Below, piece by piece: positions 12,400 to 25,300 of a DNA stretch of 64,000 nucleotides. A program made the position numbers and the translations under genes. This DNA comes from Girardia tigrina (lineage: Eukaryota). Every line of letters starts with the position of its first letter. Position 1 is the stretch's first letter. The DNA lies in NCBI GenBank assembly GCA_001938485.1, contig MQRK01255084.1:1-64000 (forward strand), written 5' to 3'. The notes under the pieces are model-generated. The model did no database searches and had not been told where the DNA came from. It saw only the letters and a list, made by a program, of their open reading frames with translations.

Positions 12400-14582
12400 G
12401 TCTAGACATTTTTCAAGTGGAAGGAACTAGAGATCCGGCTCGCTGAAAGAAAGGCAATAAACACAGTAGAGGAAGAATTAATTGAGAAAGAGACTAAGAC
12501 ATGGCGATAAATTCTGGCTAGATTACTGAGACCAATGGGTCACCAGGAAGACATCGAAGAAGACGTAGACCAGGAAAATAGAAAATTTTTTTGAATTTGT
12601 TCATTTATTGGCCAAGTATAACAATATTGTCACTTCATATTTGTTACTAGAGACTCAAAATGAATTTGTGAGCATTTTAGCAGAGCAGGTGGGAAAGAAA
12701 ATAATTGACTGTCAAGCAGAGCAAGTTTTTTTGCATAATGTTTGACAGTACTTCAGATATATCTCACAAGGACCAGTTGAGCGAGGTGTTACGCTCAGAT
12801 AAAAATGAAGTGAAAGTGGGGAGTCGTTTGTCTGCTTCATTGAGACAAAAAGAAAAAGTACAAAGAAAATTTCTGAATTGATATTAAGATAACGAGAAAA
12901 AGACGAGATTCAAATTGATAATTACCGTGACCAGGCATACGTCAATGCTGCTGTTATGGCTGCCCATCGATCGGGCGTCCAGAAGCGCACCTCCAAAATT
13001 AACTCGAAAGCTCTATTTGTGTCATGCTCAAATCACTCCCTGAATTTGACTGGCATACATGCAGCTTCTGTTGTGATTCACTCTATTACATGTTTTGACA
13101 CATTGGACCGGTCATTCTCTTTCATTTCACATCAACGCATCGCTGGGATGTCTTGATTTATGAAACTGATCTAAGTATCAAGTGAGTTGTGGAAACTAGA
13201 TGGAGCACTCGAGCAGATGTTGTAAATGTGTTGGTGAGCAAATTATCAAAAGTCGTGACTGCTCTGGAGAAGCTCACCAAAGAAGGAGAAGATATGACGA
13301 TAAGATCAGGTGAATCTTTAATTCTATAATCAGTACTGTCATTTCCGTTTCTGTTGCTTCTGGGCCTTTAGAATTCTGTTCTACTAGAGGTCAATCATGC
13401 CCAGAAGTAACTTCACACAAAAGGGCTGGATCTGCTAGTTCTATCAAGCTCATAGAAAAGAGAGATTTCATTTTTAAGAATAAAGAAAAAGTGGGTGGAC
13501 AGTATAATAGATGAATCCAAGAAGTTCTTCTTTGAAATTGAGATAAACATGGAAAATTAAATTTGTAAAAAGAAAAGAATGGATGGCGAAAGATTGACTG
13601 ATGATGTAGCGATGAAATTTGATGTTGAGTTGAAACGGGAAATGCTGTCTCTCGTAGATAGGTTGATTGAGGAAATATATTCAAGATTTCAAGAAGTTCA
13701 TGGTCTTGCAAACCAGGGCTGCGGAGTCGGAATAAAATTGCCTGACTCCGACTCCGACTCAAACTTCTATATTTTTTAAAATGTCCGACTGAGATTCTTT
13801 TTTAGGTCAATTTATATTATTTGCTATTATTTTGATCGGAGTCGAGTTTCACGACTCTAACTTCCACTCAACCTTCGACTCCGCAGCCCTGTTGCAAACA
13901 AATATGCTGTCATTGCACCATGAAATCTCTTTGGTGATAATTATTATTGTTAACTTGGAGAAATAATGATGAGGTGGAGAAAAAGAAATTCTTAGCCGAA
14001 AGAAGAAGACTGCATTATATTGTCCGAGCTTCAGGAAAAGACAGAATCAACGGACCTTTAGAACTTATGAGCTACATACAGAGATATCACATTGGGGACT
14101 CCATTCCTAATATTGTGATCCTGCTGCTTATTTTTTTACCCAGGTTATTAGCGTTGTCAGTTGCGAACGCTCATTTTCCAAACTAAAACTCATCAAGAAC
14201 TATCTCCGATCTATAATTAGCCAATCAAGATTTACAGAATTGGCAGACCTCTCCTTTGAGAGAGAGCATGTTGCTGAAATGAATTTTGATACTGTTATCA
14301 ATAAATTTTCAGAAATGAAAGAGCGAAAAGTCTGCTTGTAAATTGTAAATTTTAAAATGACTTCTTTACTTGGTAATTTTTAGTATAAGAATGAAACTAT
14401 TGCAAGAAAAATATGAAATTAAAGTACGGATTTTGAGAAAAGCAATAACAGAACTCTATTTAATTTTTAACGACGATACTAATTGAGGGTTTCGAATAAT
14501 GGGTTAAAGTTTAGGATACGGGTTAAGGGGGCGGCAAATTTTAGAACCGCCCCGGGCGCCAATAACAGTTGTTACGCCACTG
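12400..14582 (+). mobile_element. Decayed hAT transposon (ZMYM1/Tip100-like)
   Basis: IMFDSTSDISHKDQL, QAY.NAAVM..GVQ..ALFVSCSNHSLNL, ETRWS and SCERSFSKLKLIKNYLRS, with many stops. The right terminus GTTACGCCACTG ends at 14582; the left end is unclear. Confidence 0.88.
13714..13891. mobile_element. hAT-type MITE nested in the hAT transposase
   Basis: 16-bp TIR CAGGGCTGCGGAGTCG / CGACTCCGCAGCCCTG; 8-bp TSD TTGCAAAC (13706-13713, 13892-13899); internal GACTCC repeats. Confidence 0.95.
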
Positions 14583-17500
14583 TCTCAATATCCATGACAA
14601 TGAATTTCAGTTGATTTTGGGAGTTCAAAGTGTCAGATACTGTCAATAGAAATATTTATGGTGGTTCATGAGTATTCTCGCATTTCCAGATTCGTCCTCT
14701 GAGGAAACCATATGTTGTTTAAAAATGTTGTAATTTTAATCAATATCTGAAAATCAAAGATTAAATTCATTCATCAAATATACTCATGGTATTTTAACTG
14801 ACGGGCATGGATATTAGTTATGTAGTTTTAATCTATAAGTGACATATGTTGAATCAGCAAGTCGTTAAAATATTTATTTAATCTCAATTAATCACATGGT
14901 CGGTTCTTTCTCATTCTATTAAATATTTATCGATTTATTCGTGTCGTATATATCTCTATCGATCTCCGTTCTCAGCAACGATGATCTCTCCTGAAACCAG
15001 ATTGGCTTTCCCTAATTGATTCGGTAGTGGATTCATTTTCACTCGCAGGAATTTCACTTGACCTCTCTTCCCGTTCGATGTGATATCTAAGTCAACTTCA
15101 TCGTGAGTTAATCTCAATATTTCTGGGATTAGAAATTTGACGACAATATGATTATCACTAAGTGGTATCATCCGCAAGAAGAGTACGGACTGTGAAGACA
15201 ACGGCTAACCGGGGTTAAGATGCTAAAATAACCTTACTCTCAATTAATGAAATATATTATGAAATAATGATATCAATATCAATAAGATAATAATTTATGA
15301 AATACATATTAAAACACCAATGAAGTTTAAATTTTGAAATTTATCGTTGTCGAATTATTACTGGATCCTGAGGAAGGTTTGCTACTCAAATTGGTTTTCG
15401 TTCCTCAAATATTCTATCGGGAATTTATGTCGTCAAACGTACTTTCGAAAATTTGATTGATGGGTGTCTCACGAACGCACGTATCTGCAAATCGTTGGTT
15501 GAAAAATTGTTCTCGTAAGCTGCGATTATGAATTGAGTTGTTCTGTGTCGCTGTCAACTAAAGTTGTCTTGTCTAATATTTTTTGCGAATAATTCTGTTC
15601 GCAAATTTTGTGTCTCTGTTGTGCGTTTCCTTGTTGACCAGGTCGCTGTTTATATAGCAGCCTTTTTCTGGATGTAGTATGTATTTGGGTAGTAATGTCA
15701 TCGTGGAAACTCCTGATTGGTTCCTACCAATGATTCTCAGTTTAAATTTGTCGAGACGTGTGGTGCATCTATGTCATGCGGACCTCAACAAAGAACAATG
15801 ATCGCGCCGACTCGCGATTATTCATAGTGAATAATCACGCGACGTTTATTTTAGGATTGTTGATTGATTCACTGTAAGTTCTTTATTAATTTTTATTATT
15901 TTAATTAACGTTTCGTTATATTTCAAGGCTTTATATTTTTTTGCCGGGCGCTTCGGACTAGACTTCTACTAGACTTCGGACTAGCGCTTCTGGACTAGAC
16001 TACAATTATGGATAGCTGGCAACAAGGGCTTTCTGGAGAGGTCCGGTTGCTCGATTTTTTCCCTCGGATGAGTCTTGACGTGACTTTATGTATTTTAACT
16101 CATTCATGTGATGTTTTAGGCTCTGGAAGGTATTAATGATGTTCTGCTGGATTGCGAGAAGGCACAAGACGACACCTACATGAATCCGGGCCATGTATTT
16201 ATGTGATGATCCTTTAATATATGTATCCTTCACTATTGTCTTTTCTTTATGTCATATGTTTTTGTATCATTTGTTAGTGTTGATAAATGTGAAAGTAAAA
16301 TATTACTATTAATAAATTATTAATAATAACTGAAAGAGAATAATTAAATAACAAATACGCAAATAGTTTTTTTAATACTCATTAATTTACAATAAAATAC
16401 AACTGGATTCACCAACAATAAAATTTATGAAACTTAATCAAAAGCTGTGACTTAAAAAGGAATCAACAATGTTGGTTAATTCTTGGTAATGACAGTTGAT
16501 AATATAAATTACTGAGTTTAAAAATATAATAAGGAATTAATGATTTTAAGAATATTGATTTTAATTAAATAATATAAATAATGAAGGAGAACTGTGATCA
16601 CTTGAAGGAGCAAGATAATTATCAAATGTAGATGAGTCCTACTTCTTAAATTGACTGTTCTCAGTTCCTGTTCGTTCGGCTTTTCGTCTCTTTCGCCAAT
16701 TGAATTTTTCGGTCATATATCTCTGTGAGGGATAGTTTCGTGTCTTGGATTCGTTTATTTGAGAATTAAAATTCGTTCTTGTTAAATCTTAATTGAATAT
16801 TGAAAATTTTATGATTTTCACAATTAAAATTTTACCTTAGTTGAATATTGAAACTTTTATGATTTTTGACGTAATTCCATATTTATTTTATATAATATCT
16901 TAAATCCTGTGTGGTCACTTTGTTTATGTTATCGATCACTATTGTTTATCTCAATTGATGAGAATTAACTTTAGATCGACCTCTAAATAATAGGGTGACA
17001 TAACTTTAAATTTTAACTTTAATTGTACTTTTACAATTAATTAAAATTGAGCTTTTAAATAACCTTCTCTTTTCTTTTAATTAATTATTCTTCAATTATT
17101 CTTTCTCCTTCTTTTATAAATAATTATATACAAAAATAAATATAATAAATTAATTAAATTAACACTTTTCTTTATACATAAAATATATTTTTTTATAACA
17201 AAACCTGTAAATTATTTTTCCACATAATCCAATATATTACTGGGTTTCCGACCGTAACATAATAAAAATTTATCACACTATTGTCTTTTGTTAAAATGGT
17301 TTTAAGATATTTTTTTAATTATTTACATGAATTTAATAAAATTTTGAATAATTATAATATTTTTGTCCGCTATATTTTGTCCTGATATTCTGGAAAAAAG
17401 AAATGCATTTAACTCTAATGAATTTTATGACTTTTCCATCAAGATCATTAGAGATATCTTCTCTTCATGACCTGTTTCTGGATTTTAAAAGCCGATCAAC

Positions 17501-20500
17501 ATTAGAAGACCTAATTATGCAAAGTTACATATAACAATTAGTTCATCAACAATTACCCGAGGGGGTGGTACCAAGAAAACGTACTTTCTTTAAAAAATTA
17601 GTTCGCATAAGCAATGATGATCCATTAATAGAAGATGTGGTTAATAAAGAAATATTATCTTCTCAAGTTGTCAGACTGCTTTGTTGGAAGAAACAACCCG
17701 TTACAATCTTGCAATTTATTATAAAAATCAGATATATCAACCAGAGTTAGAGTGGTGATCAACAGGATAAACGCGAAGGAAGGGGTCATCAAATCTTAAA
17801 GTTTTTGATCCTGATTTTTGAAAAAGTGAGGGTAAATGTAGTATTAAAATTAGTTTAATTGCATGAGTTAGATGTAAACAGCGTCATAAATTTTGTTTAT
17901 TAATGAATATTGTTCCTCCCACTAAATCTTTTGTTATTATTAGGGAAATATTTTGCACCAATTGGAACGAAGCGTTTAAAATGTGTTGCAGATATTCATT
18001 TTTTCAATCTGCAATTTTATCAAAATATTTCAAGGATATGTCCCAACAGTGAGAGGAGATGACAAAATTAATAATTTTAATTCAGTTCAAGTTCTGTTGC
18101 TCTAAAAGCGATTATCATATATCGGTTTTTGATTTTGTCGATATGGAATCTGATAGCAATGATACATGGATACAAGTGATGATATTGGTGGGTTTTCATG
18201 AAACAAAAAATGTATGATTTCTGATTCTCTGAATAATTTGTATCAATATACTTCTTCCTTCTGAAATGACGATTGTGAGGGATAATTCGGAATGTTGTAA
18301 GTTTGTTGGTTGTATGCTGTTTAGATTTTTGACTCTCCTACTCAGATGGTATTGATATGTTTATTGATTGATTATTTGAATCTAATGATATTAATTTTAA
18401 GTATTAATTAATTAAAGTTTTATAATTATGAATTTTAATAATATTTTTACTAAACGATTTTAACTTATTAAATTTAATATATTTTAAAAATTAATGTTCA
18501 TTTAATAAATTACCTAATGCCTTTTTATTCAATAAAATTCAAGAAATTAAAAATTAATTTTAAAAATTTCTCATTCATTGTTTTTTTTAGATTTGAATAT
18601 ATAAACAAAAACTATATCAATCAAAGAAAGATGCTCTCTGAAAATTGTTGTGAATTATCTGTTTGTGTTGTCAATAAATGTTTGCATTCAAATTGTGATG
18701 CTGTTAATAACGATAAATTAAAAAATTACGACTTTTTTGATACAAATATAAATGTATTATTTTAAAGAAAAAAATAATTTTCCTAAATTTTTCTTCGGTG
18801 TGATTTAAAGCTTAATTTATACTTCGTTTTTAGAAATTATTAAAAGTTTTTTTGTTTTTAATTTGAATTTCAATTACATTTAAAAGCTAATTTAATTCAT
18901 TTTCAGCTATTTTAAGTTTAGTTTCATGATTTTTTATTTCATTTTATTTTGTTTCATTCTACCTTATTCAAGTGTTTCATTTTCAGGTAATTTTCATTAA
19001 ACTAATAAGTTTTGATTTCTTATTCTATCGTAAAAATAATTTTGTTTCATTTTTCATTGTTTAGATATTTTCTGGATTTACATTGCCCTATTCCCGTTTC
19101 ATGTGTATCCTACGTGGTACGCCCAATCAATCGTGAGACTAATATAGAAATAATAATAGTAACAAGATTACTACAGACATATTTAAACTGCAATATATAT
19201 AGGTTAAGAAAATTTTATAAATTTTTTTGTTAATTACAATTATAAAGTAAGTCAACTGATCACAAAAAAAATTCTCTGTACTAATATTTTTTATTTTTGT
19301 GGTAGGGAATGATCAATTGACCTAATTTATTTAACTGTTAATAACTAGATTTTAGTTAACGGTATATATATAAAAAAATACAGGAAACCAATTTTAGTGT
19401 TCTTATAACAAGAATAAAAACAACTTTTAAAATTAAAGTATTAATATAACAAATTATTTCAAAAGATACCTGTAATTTAACTATAACAATCTAATAACAT
19501 CAACCGTAAATTATTAAATGATCTCGCAACTTCGATATATTTTCTTATAGCAAATAACGTAGGTTATTTAAATTTTTTTAATGGAAATATATTCTTTGTT
19601 GCTACATCTTCTTTTATTATCGAGAATAAGGAGATTCCTTCGTCTTTCGTAATTTTAAATTAAAGACGACTATTCGAATAAAAATCTTGTTTATAGTCTT
19701 TGTCACCCAAGATAGTTAAATAATAAAATAAAATATATTGTTGCTAGGAATTAAAATTTCTGGCACGGATATTCGTACGATAATTCTTCCTTGACAAATA
19801 TAATTATTAATGTCTTTTTAAATTAATATTGTTAGGCAATATTTAATTTATTGATTTATTTTTGAAATTAGAAATCGGGTATAATGTATGAAGGAAATAT
19901 TGAGACAATCAAACTATAATGAAACATTTGACGTGATTTTATTACGGCGTAGTGAAACGTTTATTAGGAATTGATAATCGTAACTCGATTGAATGAAGAA
20001 AACACATCGGAACACGAAACTCGACAACCGTAAAAAATTCACTCATCGAATCCTGATAACGTTAAAGAAACGACTATCGGCCTAAATGAGATTAAAAATA
20101 ATTGACACTAAATTAATACGAAACTGTCTATTGAACACGTTTGGATTCCTCAAATCTCTCATGTGTACGAATGATTTCCGTGAAATAACGAATGTATTTG
20201 TAAATAAATGTTTAAAATTCTCATTACTTTAAAAGTTTTTTTAATAAAATATGAATTTACTTAAAAAAACAAATAATAAAAATAAAATGACACAACTTTC
20301 CACGTACAAAAAAATAAAATCTACTTCACACCACTTAAAACTATACAAAAAATAAATAAATAATATCTAACAGCATAGACAGACCAAAAGACAAATAATC
20401 TCTTGCCTCTGAACTCTTTGTATAAAAAAAACCCAAAATCCGTTTCCTTTTACGTTAAAAAAATATGTAAAAAAAAGAAATTGTGTCTCTATGGTTATTA

Positions 20501-20536
20501 CAATTGTTAAACTCAATTTTTGCGAATATTCGAAAA

Positions 20537-21050
20537 ATGGAACTGGAAACTATTCAATACCGTAGTGTTATTCGAGTTCTCTTTCTGAAAGGAATAAAAA
20601 TAGAGAAAAGGCTCTTTCTGTACTGAAAGCTGCTTACCAACAAGAGTACCTACCAACAATAACAATTTCTCTTTAATTCAATTACTTTCAGAGTAGTAAA
20701 ACCTCCGTGATGGACGAAGAAAGATCTAGAAGACCCTCGGAAATTGATAAAAAATAATGCAAAAACTACAGATAATTGTCCAAATCAAGAGAGTTCACAG
20801 TCTGTTTAAATGTGAGAAAAGACACTCTGCATACTCTCCTCACTGAAAGTGGAATTCGAAAACCTTTTACCCTTGTTGTGCCACACTTTTTAACTATAAA
20901 ATGCTACAACGTCATTTGGAATGATGCTTGGAAAACCTGCAGAAATAAGGATCAATTTTGGTGACCGTTTCATTGATAATATCACCATTGTGGATGAGAC
21001 ACCATTGTCCCTTTATGTCTCCGAATTCAAGAGTCACAAGAATCGAAACT
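20537..21050 (+). mobile_element. Decayed mariner transposase
   Basis: MELETIQYRSVIRVLFLKG, DEERSRRP and ITIVDET motifs with frameshifts. Confidence 0.7.
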
Positions 21051-22232
21051 GCCTAGAGTAAGCAGCTCATTTTATAACCTAAAATATAAAGAATTTGTTT
21101 TTTATGTTAGTTTAATAGGTAGATAAATTCAATTGATAATAAAAACATGGTGAGGAAATTAGAGGCGAAGGCTTACATCTGAAGGAAGCAGCCACTGAGA
21201 GAGGCCAGCATATTTATACTCTCAACAGTCAATGTTTACTTTTGAAGAAATTCGAAACCTATGAGAAAATATTTTATAATATAATATTTCTTAAAGTTAC
21301 TGCTATATTTTTTTGAAATGTTCTATGGATTTTACCTGATTAAAACTGCCTATCTTCTTTAGAAGACGGTTTTAATGGTATTACATCGCATAAAACGACT
21401 GGTATTCAATTTTAACCAAATATATCCGTGATTGAGAGAATCGGATAGTCAGTCAAAAATACCTGACTAAATTAAACTACTGATATTGTGTATATCAATT
21501 AATTTATTTATTTTAGGTACACAATTTAACTGTTTTTATAATAAAAAATATTCTTTTATCCTCGGACTTTCGATTAGAAAAATTTTTAGTTATAATAATA
21601 ATTAAGTTAATAAATAATAAATAAAATATCAAAATTTGATTACTTTAGACTCATATTTCGAAACTAGTATAACTGCGGTTCTCAAATGTCTTCAACATAT
21701 TACCTATCATAAACGCACACAAAAATAAAATATATTTTTTGATATCCATTTCTATTACTTTTTTTTGCAATTTCGACAGTTCTATTTCAAATGAATAGTC
21801 ATAAAAATAATTAACGATTAGTCAATATATTAGAGTAAAGTATTACTTTTTAGATACAAAAATTCAACCAGTTGAAAACCATTACTGACAAATTAATTTT
21901 TTTATATAATTACCAAATTTAAAACTTTCTTTTCTTAAGAAACAAAATCCAAATTTTTATTCCGTATTTCAATTCAAACAATCACATAGTAACATGTTTA
22001 CATCGTTTGTTTTACCGAATCAATGACGAAACAATTTACAAATCATGCCAATCATTATTTGAATAATTTACAATATTCAAAAGTCGCATGAAAATTGAAA
22101 TTTTCTCACACGGAATATTTTTATCGTCATTGATCGAATTGTTTTTTCGTGAAAATCATCAATAAACGAATTATTAATGCAGATGAAAATGAAAATCGGT
22201 TTTTGATTGTTTTTTTTCGGTTTCAGTTTTAG

Positions 22233-22310
22233 ATGGAGGCAATCGCTCTTCATGACTTTGTGCCGACAGATCCCGATGATCTCGGGTTCAGTAAAGATGC
22301 GGTGATTAAT
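22233..22310 (+). CDS. GRB2: GRB2 coding exon 1
   Basis: MEAIALHDFVPTDPDDLGFSKDAVIN, 26 codons; donor GTAGGG. Confidence 0.9.
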
Positions 22311-25300
22311 GTAGGGAATTAGGGAATGGGTTTTGTCGGCTGGACTTTATCGATCGCTCCCTTTAAATAATTTGGCGCCACTTAAAATCGATAATTTGGG
22401 GAAATATAATTCAGACATCCGTGGAATCAGGAAATCAATATATATATATATATATATATATATTTATTTGAAAAATAAATTTGTTAAAGCTTTTAAAGTA
22501 ATTGTGCATTTTTCGGAAATTCTTCTTCCATCATCAGCGATTATATTTGTTAGTTACTTTTTTTAACGTTACTTTTGTGTAAAGGTATTTTAAATGGGAA
22601 AAATTATTTATTTAATTTAAGATATTATACAATAATGGCAAATTTTTTTCTATTTTAAATGAAGATTTTAAGATGTGAAACGGCTTTATTTTGTCTATTT
22701 TGAATGTTTATTAATCGATTGTAGTGTCGTATAATGTAATGATTAAAAAAACTGCTACTCACAGTGTGAATCAAAGTGCTTCTGTAAAATTGAAGATTCA
22801 TCTTTTGAAACAGACGACATTCTATTTTTACAGTGTAACCAAAGATCAAGAACCGTACTTGATCGACTCGATTGTGAGTGCTCAATAATCCGGGTTTTGA
22901 GATGACGATTTGTTTTCCAATATACGAGTTTTTACACCAGTGACAATCAAATTTATAATCCATACTAGCTTGCAATCCACAAATCGTTTTCGATTTATTC
23001 GAGAGTAATCTTTGAACTTTGGATGCCTTTTAAACCAGATTGACACTACCAACATTCTTGCAAAAATTTGCAAATAGATCAAAACATTAAGGTTAAATTG
23101 GACAAATTATGTACACAAACACGGGTTGGGAAAGAATTAAATAAAGAAAACATTGAAGGATGCAAACAAATAATCAAAATACCATATTCTGAAGGATTTA
23201 AAGCATTCAAGAAAAGTTTTTGCAAGAATATAAGTAGTGTCAAAGTAGCTTCAATAACATCCAAAGTTCAAAGCTTCCTCTTGAATAAATCGAAAACGAT
23301 TTGTGGATTGCAATCTAATCTGGTTTATAAATTTGATTGTCACGGGTGTAAAACCTCGCACAGTGGGGAGAAAAATCGTTATCTCAAAACCCGGATTTGT
23401 GAGCACTCGCAAATGAGTCGATCGAGTAAGTTTCTTGATCATTTGTTACATTGTCAAAATAGAATCTCCTCTATTTCAAAGGATTTATCGTATTTTCGAA
23501 TCAAACAATATATTTTTTGACGGAAAATTTATTTTATTTGAATTGAACTTGGTTAATTCATTAACGAAACTTCAAAAATCAATGATGACTTGTCTGAACA
23601 TTAATTTAAGATTGACCCAGCACGAAATCCGCTGCGTCTTTGCTAGTACCATCCTGTCTTGAATTTGAATTGAATACCGATTGAACAACCATAACTTTAT
23701 AATTATTATTTTTGTATAGGTTTTTAATTACAGGGTTATTAATAATTATATCCACTTTATTAATAATTATATCCACTTTATTAATAATTATATCCACTTT
23801 ATTAATATTTATATCCAATTCAATAGTTAATTAATAACTTTATGTATTTGAATTAAGGAAATCATTAAAAAATTCATCCCAATATGGAAAATAATAACAA
23901 CATCAACAATGTCACAGTTTCTGATCAAAGATTAAGGGCTAGGAAGAAAAGAATCCCATTAACTTTAGAAAAGCTAAAACTAATTGAAACCATGGATGAA
24001 AAGGGCGACTCAGTATCAATCATATCTGAGCGATTAAACTTATCTAAATCAACTGTATATAAAAAGTTAGAAAAAATTTATTTATGCAAGGAGCAAGGTA
24101 AAAACGTATCTGGGTTGATAAAGAAACCTGGCGCAAAGGTAATGGAAGCCAATGAAAAGAGTATGATTTTGTCCGATATAGTTCAGGAAGTTAATGAATT
24201 GACACAGCAAGGAATGGTTTCCAAACTGAAAGAAAGTGGCATCTTTGTGTCTCAGGCGACTGTATCAAACTGCCTCAAAAAATTAGATATCACCAGAAAA
24301 CGTTTAAAGTTACGTTCAAGTGTTGTCTTAAATGATGAACTGATACACAAAAGAAAGATTTATGCAAGAGAGTTTCTAAGAGATATGATTAACAAGCGCT
24401 TTTTTTTCTTGGATGAAACAGGCTTTAATCTCCATATCTTTAAGTCATATGGATATTCTCCTAATAACTTTGATGCGATAAGACATGTTCCTTCAAACCG
24501 TGGAAGAAATCTTTCTTTGTTAGCAATAATTTCAGATGTCAAAGTGATGAATTACAAGTTGTTGAGTGGTTCATACAATACCGATTTTTTTTAGCTTTTC
24601 TTAATGTTTGTTTTTTACAAAATATTTTTGAGCCAAATTCGATTTTAATCATGGACAATGTGAAGTTTCACCATTCTGATAGTGTAAAGAGGTTTTTACA
24701 AGAAAGGAACATTAATTTTAAATATCTTCCTGCATATAGCCCTTAATTTCCAGAATTTATATTTTCATATGCACGAATTTGTCAGAAAAGCATACAATGG
24801 AGAGCAATTTTAAATAAAATCTAACATGACTTTTTTGTTTCTATTTTAATATACTTGAAAAATTTTGTATGGTATATCGTACATAAGAGACTTTTACTGA
24901 AAACTAGTGAAAAATATTAGAAGTATGGCTTAAAAGCATATATTTTTGAAACAAAAATGAATTAATACTATATATCTAACAATATTATAATTTTTAATAA
25001 AATGGATATAATTATTAATAGAGTGGATATAATTATTAATAACCCTGTAATTACAACAATTATTTAATTAATTGACAGGCATATATTAATTATAGTTTAT
25101 AAATTAGATCAAAATATTTAGGGAAAGGGTGCGAAGTAAAATCCAGCTGATTTGTCATATTGACATTAGTGATAGTAATGATAACGAGTCTCATTTCTGT
25201 CAGATAATCGATATGGACACTGATCCGAATTGGTACAGGGCCGAGTACAAACAGAAGTGCGGATTGGTGCCCTTCAATTACATTCAGTTGCTGCCCAATC

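Noticed and set aside
13598-13617. CTGATGA..GAAA hammerhead-like string
   Set aside because: No credible stem II; lies in hAT coding remnant.
19764-20182. Possible MITE with CACGGA..TTCGTAC ends
   Set aside because: The inverted match is short and gapped, with no TSD.
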